Positions 39,678-50,800 of a DNA stretch of 64,000 nucleotides are shown one piece after another. The stretch is from assembly GCF_031769215.1 (NCBI RefSeq), contig NW_026782081.1, forward strand, positions 2,604,001 through 2,668,000, given 5' to 3'. The stretch comes from Ylistrum balloti (taxonomy: Eukaryota). Position 1 is the stretch's first letter; every line of letters begins with the position of its first letter. The notes below the pieces were generated by a model. The model ran no database searches. It had not been told where the DNA came from and worked only from the letters and a program-made list of their open reading frames with translations. The position numbers were made by a program, and so were the translations under genes.

Positions 39678-42600
39678 TCTGTATTTTGAGGTGACGCCGG
39701 CATGGAAATGGAGCTTGCAACAGTCTTAGTCACTGATTATATACATGGACGAGTAAATAACTGATAAATGACTTCCAGAATTAGCCTACCCGAAACTATT
39801 TACTGACCTCCTTTTTGACTGCATTTTGGCAAACTGATAACATTTTCATTGTAGACCACGGTAGCTAGTTGTTACACACGTGTGCACAAAAAGCCGGGAG
39901 ATACTCCGAAAGGACGTGTTTTGTAACGGCACGTCGCACAGATACATTGTATGTGTATTATTGCAGACTGGAATCACTGTATGGGCGACGCATACTATTG
40001 CTATAAAGGCCTATCGGAGACAATATTCTTATTCTTTTACTCATTTAGTGACTGTTTAGAAAAACTGAATGTATATCATTAAAATATATCGATATCCGCC
40101 ATAAATATGTTGAGTCAGTTCTATTATTACAGCACAGATGTCAAGACAATGCGTAATGATAGCATATCTTGATCAATTGTCTTTTGAAATATAGGAAACA
40201 AAACATATTAATAATGTTTTCCTTTGAGATCATTATTGTAAATCTATTATTTTACACGCAACTCCACCACTTGATTTGAATCGCTCCAATTATACAACAA
40301 TTTTACTACTGTATGTCAACGTATCCTAGCTACATGACCGTTTAGCCTGAATAATTCAGTGGTAACAACGCTAGTAAGGACGCTGTGAAATTATGTCGTG
40401 TTTAAGAGCAAAACAATTCAGTTGAAAGACCTCTCTATTCCAGTGTATTAGACGTGATCGACTACACCTAAGCAGACCAGTATGTAATAAGTTTAAATCC
40501 TACAGAGAAACACAGACCAGCACACCCGGATTATATTTGATAACGACTCCGTGAATATTTGACATACATGTACATATCGATACTTCCCATGACCTATTTA
40601 TCATATTTCACCTTATATATATAGCGTCTTGCAAAATTTAAAATAAATTTAATTTTCTTCTGAACATACACATGTTGAATGGTCAATATGGCACTGTGTT
40701 TATAAATTTGTTACAAACTGTGCATATATGCTAACGGAAGAGTTTAGTCTAAATGATAAAAGTGGACGAAATGAATAAACATATTCTAAATCTAATGAGT
40801 AAAAGCTAGCTTTATCCATTAAAGTATAATAATTTGAAAGAAAGAAAACAAAGTAGTAAGCATCCTGAAGGGAAATTAGATAACATACTGATGTTAGAGA
40901 TTTTATATCTGTTTCGAGTTCACGCCCTCACAACACGAATGTTGGGATCTCGGGATGACGCTTTAGTTTTTCATGATGTCAATGACACGTTGAAGAAAAT
41001 AAATCAGACTTCATCAAATCATATCAGCGGGCACTGGTATTTTTTTAAAATTTATATGATGACTGACATGTGTGTGTTGATTAAGAAAGGAGAGTTGACA
41101 ATCATGAGCAATTCAATTAACATCCTACTTTACGTATTCGATATCACATGGAGGAAACAGATAAATTTACTAACGACCTTGTTTGTATTGTTTAAACTGG
41201 TACTAGGTACCGATCAGGCTCCGAGCAAGCATTCTCAGCTTGACACATGACCAGAATTTCCTCGGTTACTAGCTCTAAATAAGTGTGGACAGATTAAGGA
41301 GTCAAGGAGACAAAAAAACTGTAACTAACCAAGAATAGGGAGTAGGCTACATCGGGGGGACTGAGGGGTGGGTGTTTTATCGATATCAATAAAAATTCAC
41401 GAGTAAATTCTTCTATCGTCAAAGTTAAAATCCTGTTGCTATCCGTGGTTAGACTGGTTGTGATAAACAGTAACAATGATATAAAAGATATTATTAACTG
41501 CTTATTACTTTAAATGTTTCAAATATCGGAAATACCTTTATAAACAAATGGAAATTTCTTCAAAACTGTCAATACGAGAGACTACCCTAACCGGTACTCC
41601 TGCATTCCTTCAACACCCTGATCATACTGTGATGCCAAAAAATGTGTTATAACATACAATGATAAAAGATTTACATACTCGAACCTGAAACTCCTCCACG
41701 AAGAACGGTAAGAAAATGATATTGACTGTTTTTATTAGATATATTGCTTATTTCTAATTTAATTGATTTGCGACCATATAGTTGTACAACTTCAACCGCT
41801 ATTTTCTATTTTATTTATTTGTACATTACTAAAATGGATGATAATTAATAAAACACACACAGTCGGAAAGGAATATTTCCGTCCATTTCCACACAAGTTC
41901 CGCTTATTAATATTTAAACTTTTGTTACAGAGTCGTTATTATTTAGGTTAAGTGGATTGATATTGTAATACAAAATTAATCCGACTATATATAGCGTGAC
42001 CTTGATAGTCAGTGTTTACCTTCAATCAATCATACTTCGTCCTCGTGTTTTACAAAGGTTTTTTTTAAACTTTTATTAAGGATGTTTCGGGGTTTCTGCT
42101 TATCGCACGTGTCGCTTATGTTTAGCAAAAAATAAAAGATCTAGCTGAATTTCTAGGCTGTTGGGTGTCGACGACGTATTTCGGTTGAAGTTCAATTAAG
42201 TTGACAACATCTTTTCGTGTATTTCAGTCAATGATTTTATCAAAGCTGGATATAATCACTGTAGGCATTATCTACGTATGATAAAGATTGAAATGGGGAC
42301 AGCACATAGGCTAACCTAAAAATCCCTGATCACTCCTACCTATGCGTATCGCTTCCCTTTTGATTATAGTCAATGGTTAAATACAGTTTCAAAAGTCACC
42401 AGTGTATCTTTTTCTAACTTTGATACAAGTTAAATCCTAGACATGATTCATTTGAAACTTCCTGTGTACTAGTACATATACACGTACAGATATACTGTAG
42501 CTATTTCTAATCAATAAGAAAAAATCAACAACCGCGTGTTACGTTTCAGTGTCATACAAACGTAAACTACTGTAGCTGCTCTACAAACTTCGAGCCAGAG

Positions 42601-43069
42601 ACTCGTTCGAAATATGTAAATTAATTTAGCATTCATGCATTTATTTATACGTTATTGCCGACTTGGAGTAAATAACATAATTATGTTTCTATATAAAAAA
42701 AAAAAAAAAAAAACGAAAGCAAATATGAACAATCGACACTTCGACTAGTAAACAAAATCCGAATGATATCTGAAGTTCGACATAACGAGGACAACATATG
42801 AATAAAACAGAGAATGTAAGGATTCACTTGAAGGAAGACGATGTGAACTACATCGGTATGTATCGGTAGTGTCACTGCCGCCTTCTCCGTCGTTATCACC
42901 CGTCATCAATATTTAACTCGGTGCGAATAGTGATGAGAAAACGGGATTACTAGTACCGAACCCACCTAGTATATTGAAACAGGCATGGGCAATACTAAAT
43001 TTACATAGTAACAGGAAATAAACTATTTCTTAATCAGATAATGATACCTGTAACTGTCGCTAATAGCAT

Positions 43070-43300
43070 TTATTGTCTTCATCAATACACATTTCTAATT
43101 TACATCCTGTATTGTAATGACAGACGCCTATAAAACTCCCTTATTGCCTTCATCAACACGTTTCTCCAATTGACACCCTGTATTGTAATAACGGACGCCT
43201 ATAACACACCCTTATTGTCTTCATCAACACGTTTCTCTTATTTACATCCTGTATTGTAATAGCGGACGCTTATGAAACTTACTTATTGCCTTCATCAACA
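43070..43300. repeat. ~71-bp minisatellite, ~3.2 copies
   Basis: TTATTG(T/C)CTTCATCAA recurs at 43070, 43141, 43212 and 43284. Confidence 0.9.
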
Positions 43301-43898
43301 TACTTTCGATTTTTAACATTTAAAATTTAAAAAATTAGACATCAAACAAACAACTGAATTGATTTACACTTGGTTTTTTTATTTGATAATTAGAATAAGG
43401 CACACGTAGATAAACGGATACATACACTGTAGTCTGGGACTTAATAAGCATTGGAAATACTAGACTGGAATGTATATATGTGTGTGTGTGTGTATCTCAT
43501 TTGAAATAAACTTTTATATACCGTCAGCTTGAAATGCAATAGTATTGTCGACAGGAACTTGCTATTACCATAACATTGAGCTCAGTACCATCGCTAGGTC
43601 ATGCGTCATTAGTATTTAACAGCTGTGCAGGTTCGTATAACTATCAGCAAAAAATTATAATAAAACATATATGTATACTTAAATATATAAGTAAATGCAT
43701 TTATAGTATCAATTTCAATAAACCAATTCGTGTCAGATCTGTAACTGGAATATCCAACGTCAATTTAGCCATTTAAATTATATCCATTTAATGTCCAGGT
43801 GGCAAACGGAAGAAATCATATCAATTGTAAAGAATAGAGTACTGTTTAATGAAATGATCTTAAGTCAGGAGGTTTACATGAATTTCTTCTGTCCTCCC

Positions 43899-44350
43899 AC
43901 ATTTTACACAGGTACATAGGTGACGATATTGAGAGTTCAAACACGTTTATACACAGGTACAAAGGTGACGACATTGTGAGTACAAACACATTTTACACAG
44001 GTACAAAGGTGACGATATTGAGAGTTCAAACACATTTTACACAGGTACAAAGGTGACAACATTGAGAGTTCAAACACAATTTACACAGGTACATAGGTGA
44101 CGACATTGGGAGTTCAAACATATTCAATACAGGTACATAGGTGACGACATTGGGAATTCAAACACATTTTACACAGGTATATAGGTGACGACATTGGGCA
44201 TTCAAACACATTTTACACAGGTATATAGGTGACGACATTGAGAGTTCAAACATATTTAACACAGATACATAGGTGACGACATTGGGAGTTCAAACATATT
44301 TAACACAGATAGACAGGTTACGACATTGGGAGTTCAAATATATTTAACAA
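43899..44350. repeat. ~44-bp minisatellite, ~10 copies
   Basis: Unit approximately ACACATTTTACACAGGTACATAGGTGACGACATTGGGAGTTCAA. GGTGAC recurs every 44-45 nt. Confidence 0.93.
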
Positions 44351-44876
44351 AGGTACATTTTTATAAATAATAACGAAGACAATACATTACGTTTTTATCT
44401 CCATTCTATTATCTAATATAGTACACAATGAAGCTATTCACACAAATGCATAAATGTTAAATAAAATAAATAACAAATATATGTTTAGCGCAAAGTATTT
44501 TATAAGTATAATTGTAGTTTGAGAACAGCTTAATATCTCTATAAACAAAAACAAAAATCGCAGTCCGATTGCAATTAAATTTTATCCAATGACATATTGA
44601 TGTAAACTAAGCACTTGTAAGGATTTTTATAAAGATTGAAGGCATTCGTCCTGTGTAATGTTTTACTTTGTTGGTTTACTGGTTTTATCATTCCGTGAAC
44701 ATCCAGAGTTACCTACCTTGTAGTAGTCTCACTAAACACTATATGGAAGGTCCATCGAATGACACCTAGAACAGTTAGGGTAAAGTGTCACGCCCAAAGA
44801 CACAGCCACTGTAGCACAGGTAAGTCTGTATATCCATATCACAGCCGGCGCTTTACCGATTGGGTTTTCATGGTCT

Positions 44877-47800
44877 TTAGGATGTTTTAGGTTTACCGTG
44901 ACCACCGAATATATCCTCCGCGTACTCTCTGTCTGGCTTGTCCATGGTGTCATGTAGCCAGTCAAATAGGTACGAGTTCAAACCGAAGTTTACATGAAAA
45001 TATCTGAAAACAGCATTTACAATTTTCCGTATTGAAAGCTTATAACACTAAGATTGTTGAAATAATGCTAATTTTAGATTATGTGAAATAATTTATAAAT
45101 ACCGAAGCTTCTATCGTCAACGAGTTACTCGACACTGTCGACATTAGATATGATCATCGGACACAAGAAACAAAATATTTTACTACATTATGGAATATGT
45201 GCTGTTTTATAGGTAAAGTAGGTAAGAAGAAACCAAAAAACAAAATCCTTTACAAAAGAGGTATATAATATCAGATACAAGACTTCTTACTTGTGGTGGT
45301 TGTCATGGAATATCGAAGAGGGTTGCCATGGCCAAAAAGCATCCATCTTGATCCCCGAATGATCAAGCATTCCATAGTAATAGCTATATAGCAGCATAGA
45401 GATATAGATGGCTGAAACACAACGAAGTCCAATGCTTAAAAAATATACCTTAAACTTTTCATTAATTTCTAGAATTTAATTGTAAGGTTGATTACATGTA
45501 TCGTAAAGAATATACAATAAGGTCTGAAGTTTCACAATGTACAACGGAATGATTTTAGAATTCCTGTCAATATATTAAAATCAACCGTGAAATACTTGAT
45601 GCATATCTAGGTATTTTCCAATCCCGATTCTCGCTGTTCGATTTTTCATGTACGCGGAAACGACAGGCTTAAACAAGTATCCTTCACACGAAAAGGGAGA
45701 CAACTTGAACACAGAACAGCAGAAACAAGCTGGAGAAGGAAGGTAGCTGGAACACAAAAAACGCAGGCACAGAAGTTAGCAGGAAGTAAGCAGAAACAAG
45801 CAGGAGAAGGAAGGTAGCTGGAACACAGAAAACACAGTCACAGGAGTTAGCAGAAACAAGCTGGAGAAGGAAGGTAGCTGGAATACAGAAAACGCAGTCA
45901 CAGGAGGTAGCAGAAACAAGCAGGAGAAGGAAGGTAGCTGGAACACAGAAAACGCAGTCACAGGAGGTAGCAGAAACAAGCTGGAGAAGGAAGGTAGCTG
46001 GAACACAGAAAACACAGTCACAGGAGGTAGCAGAAACAAGCAGGAGAAGGAAGGTAGCTGGAACACAGAAAACACAGTCACAGGAGTTAGCAGAAACAAG
46101 CTGGAGAAGGAAGGTAGCTGGAACACAGAAAACGCAGTCACAGGAGGTAGCAGAAACAAGCAGGAGAAGGAAGGTAGCTGGAACACAGAAAACACATTCA
46201 AAGGAGGTAGCCGAAACAAGCAGGAGAAGGAAGGTAGCTGGAACACAGAAAACGCAGTCACAGGAGTTAGCAGAAACAAGCTGGAGAATGCAAGTAGCTG
46301 GAACACAGAAAATGCAGCAACAAGAGTTAGCAGAAACATACAGAAAATTTCACTACTAAACGTAAGGGAAGACGAAAAAGACGTAAGAAGGATCAATAAC
46401 GTGAAAGCTCAAATAGGTAATATTTGGAGAATATCAGTGGATATATATATAACTAATCACAGTACCTTAAGAAATATTAAGAAATGTCAATAACAGAAGA
46501 TCTTTTTTCTTTTCAGGATTAAAGCTTTTAAAAGATGACTGAACAACATTGTTGACAGAAAAAAGTATAAAGATCATTGCGCTTGACAAATGCTTAATCA
46601 TTTTTCACGGTATTGTCACACCGATACATAAATAGATGTAACTTAAAGATGCTTTGTGTATCGATTAAATAGTTGAAAAAAATAAAAGCAACATGACAAA
46701 TGTATTCCGCTAACGTTTTCAGGCCTAACTGCCATCTTCAGGCGATACATTTATATTTCATTCACGTAAAATCAGGAACACAACTTTCCTGGACAATAGA
46801 TGTATCGCCTCAAGATGGCCGTTAGGCCTGAAAACGTTACCGGAATACATTTGTTGTGTTGATTTTAATTTTTTTTTCAAATATACATATATATATATAA
46901 GGATGTGTGCCTATTATTTCTTATAAAGATAGTTTGATACCTGGATGGATGGGGACCATGAAAGGAACGATAGCCATGTATCCCTGGTATAAGATAAACT
47001 CCACTGGGTGCATGGCTGTAGCAGAGAATGCTGTGGGCTGATGGTAGCGATGGTGCACCTTGTGGATGTGTCTGTACAGAAAAGGGATATGGAGCATGCG
47101 ATGGATGTAGTACATCGCGCAGTCGCTGTATATGTACAGTGCAAATGCTGAGAGGGGCAGATAACTCCAGCCGTACTCAGAAAATCCATAATACATCTTA
47201 CTGTAACCTGTAAGGATAATAAGGATAAGTGTACAAAGCAATTAATTAATTCATTGTGATATAGGTACTGGCTAATTAATGTGTGCAGGTTGATCAATAA
47301 GATGCACTTCAGAATTATCATCTTCATGGCGTTTCAAATATAGAATATAAGTCATAGAAAAGGAAATTTCTTACACATTTAAAAAGAATTAAATTCAAAG
47401 AATCATTTTATTATATGCATGATTATAATGACCAGTTTTATGCCAAATCAGGAACTTTTGGTACCTTCCATGTAAGAGATGATAATGTTTTTTGACGGAA
47501 GGTGACGAAGGATCCTTTGCTATAAACCGGAAAATAGCTGAACAGGTAATGACATCTGCGCTTATCTCGATTGGTCAAAATATAATAATAAATAATCTAG
47601 TATTAAGATTATTTGAATTATTCAAAACTGCAAGTGCACTTTCATTTCCAGTTTGGAATATTTGAAAGGACAGTCTGTAGATCAATATATTTTCTACCTA
47701 TCAAAGGTCAGAAGTTCACATCTAGAACTATTATTCAGTTCCAGCGACCCCACTATTTAAGACGGATGCAGTTTGTCGGTCTTGCGCTTTGTTTTACACG

Positions 47801-50800
47801 TTTATAATGTAAAACAAGCATTTGATAATATTTCGTATCAAAACTCAGACTGGAGAAAACCCGAATAAGACAACCGAACTTTCTTTGAATGTATTCTTCA
47901 TAATAGCTATGACCATACAGTACTAATTGTTTCAACATCAAACAGAGTCAGACTTAGTAGCGATTCTATTGCAATCTTGATATCTGAATACACATATTGA
48001 TGCAACTACTTAGATACACTGGAATGGAGGGCATATGAGACCAGGGATTACTAATTTTGCCTATAACACTATGAAGCAACTCTTTGCATTAAACAAACGA
48101 TATAATCAAATTCCCTTTATAACTTTATTTTTTGTGAGACCGAATGTCCAAACATCAACAATGGGTTGCCTAATGTGGTGGTCATAATGCTCTTACTGAC
48201 CTTGATGATGGAAGGGAATTCGTTTACAAATTTCATTCTAAACTAACTCTTTCTAAACTGGTGTCAACAGAATACACTCTAATAAACAGAATAATAACAG
48301 AATTAATTATTTAAAAATGCAACAACTTGAGATAATACATTGTAGATTTAATGGAGTTACTTCCCTTACATTATATATTATAACAATGCATGTATTAAAG
48401 TTTTAAAATGTATTTATATTTATAAGGTATATACAGGCATATGTTACTGTATTGTCCTTGTGGGTGTGTTTGTGTGTGAGTGTTACATGTAGCAATAAAA
48501 TTTCATGAAATGAAATGCAAATGCAAAACATTCGGTGACATAACTTAGAAAACAAAATGTTTAATTTAATTCATCCTACCCTTAGAATAGACCATTGTTT
48601 TAACACATCTTCAAAGTAGGTTTTGATATTGAATAAACTGCCGTCAAAGGTAACAAAATCTTAGAAGAGATATGACTTACCGCCATTTGATATATAGCAG
48701 CCAATCACTCCTGATACCAAAGAACCAAACAGCATGTTGGCTGATCCAAGCAGAATCTCGTGTCTTTCGTTCGCTGGAGTCAAAAACTTGTTTGGTTGGC
48801 ACTTCCACTCCTGGGCCTGTGTAAATATCGAAAATGGACATACATCATTTATTATGATGTCAGTATTTATTTGGCTTTTGCTATGCTTTTATAAGAATAC
48901 CTTCCCAATTTTAACAATGAGAGATGCCGTTTTCATTTCTTTCGACCAATTTGGTGTATTGGCTATTTATATGGTATTGCAAGTGGTGATAGACATTGCT
49001 TGTGGACTTCAAGTCTGAGTTTTACGGTAACCAGCATGCCTCGTTTCAATCCATTCTCAAATAGCGGCACGGCCCATGATGTACACAGCTGTTTCCCTGA
49101 CGAGTCTAAGAAAGATGCATAATGCAGTTTAGTCGGTTATGTGGTTGTAATGTATATAGCGGTAACCTCGACGGGCATGACTTGTTTCTCTGTAATAAGA
49201 ATGGCACAAACACCAAAAAATACAATATTTGCAAGACTTTATTACACTATGTATACCCGTAAATATATTGTATACATTTCACAAATACACATCACTCACA
49301 ACTTCCACAAACAAGCATTCTCTTATCATATTATCATTAACATTCACTTAAGTAAATTTCCTAGTCGCTAAAAATATAGGACTGATATCCTCTTAGTCTC
49401 CCAGAAGTAATTTAAATAACGTCCGACACAGAAATGTCCACGGATTTTCTAAATCCTTCCCATTGATGTTGGCTATTCCGGTCACAATACTCCACCATAA
49501 GAAATGTGGTGATTTGCTCACTTATGGATAATATTCACTTTCCCAAATATGATCATCTATGAAAATGCTTGCCCATAAAAAAAATCCATCACATATATCA
49601 CCTCTCCGGACAACCACGGGACATCTGGAGTTACACGGTTGCCCTCTCCAGATTATGAACAATACAGCTCTGTACACAGGACCGCATACAGTAGTAAAAC
49701 TGCCCACACGAGACTGAGTACAATAACTACCTCGCTTACACAGGACTGTATAAATGACCGTCTTGTTAATATATATATAGTGTGCTTGCCCATACAGGAA
49801 TACATCTATGGTACTTGTCCCCACTGCCCTCACGCCATCATAGGTTAGAGCTGAAACGACACAAATATGACTAAATCAACATTTGTGTCCTGCTATATCA
49901 CACACACACAAACATATATAGCTAAATCACATCTTTACTATTTATTTATCCAGCATATTATAACCAAACACTAATAGTTTTACAAGTAATCGCCAAATCG
50001 ACAGTACTAGTATATATTAGTCGTCTGTATAATAATGATAACTAAATACAAACATATTGCACTAATTACATAACTATGACTATCTACGTATTAGCAAAAT
50101 GTAGATTATATTCTCTGGTATGAATTGCACTCATCTGTACGAACTTTATATGCATGTGCATTAATATATAAATATATACGCTACAAACGCAAAACAGATT
50201 TCAGATGAAGAGACTTTTGGGATGTTATAAAACTTACCACAAACTGTATTTGGCGCTGGTGCATCCCATTTTATCATAAACAAGCTCAAACAATACTTTC
50301 ACCGCTCCGTTCTCTTACGTGTATTGCGTTCCTTTCGCCCTACTAAAGCTCGCTTTACGAACCCGGATCCGGTTTATCCTTATCATGCTAATTACAATAA
50401 ATCATCGAAAGAATGACAATGCAATAGACGAAAACATCGGAATTATGAAATAGAATAGATGTACAAAGTCACCATGACATTATATACTGGATATTTGTCT
50501 ATATATATATATATATATATAAATGGTTGGGTCTGTGACGATGGTGCTGTTCACTTGTGTGTCTTAAAAGTTCAATGGTGTATCTGGACTACTTTTTATT
50601 TCTTGTTTCTCATACTTCAGACAATAAGACGCACGTTGTTTTGTGAGGAACTATCAACAAAGTCGAAAACCAAAGGTCACCACTTGTAGTAATCCTGTCC
50701 ACATGGAGAGACGAATTCGGAGATACAATGGCAGGCAAGCGGATGGGTAAGTTCATATATTGAAAAAATATGTCTTTGTTTTAGTATGTCTTTGTTTTAG

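Larger units (their letters stand above)
46673..46880. mobile_element. ~208-bp fold-back (inverted-repeat) element, arms ~78 bp, spacer 49 bp
   Basis: 46696-46750 and 46800-46854 are reverse complements with 3 mismatches in 55 bp, and looser pairing extends to TTGAAAAAA.../...TTTTTTCAA. The spacer holds a small CAGGAA/TTCCTG hairpin. No clear TSD. Confidence 0.85.

Noticed and set aside
40834-41250. 138-aa + strand ORF between the desaturase paralogs
   Set aside because: It starts at TTG, has no recognisable motif or splice support, and its composition resembles translated AT-rich non-coding DNA.
45776-46396. 206-aa hydrophobic minus-strand ORF (FSCLFLLPPVTAFSVFQLPS)n
   Set aside because: It is a translation of the 60-bp minisatellite with no suitable splice sites. 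Exons 4 and 5 of the host join in phase without it, and paralog A has no equivalent.
49086-49125. Hammerhead-like CTGACGAGTC-TAAGAAA-GAT with an adjacent reverse GAAACAGCTGT
   Set aside because: GAAA does not follow helix II on the same strand and helices I and III cannot be built. At most it is a scrambled relic.
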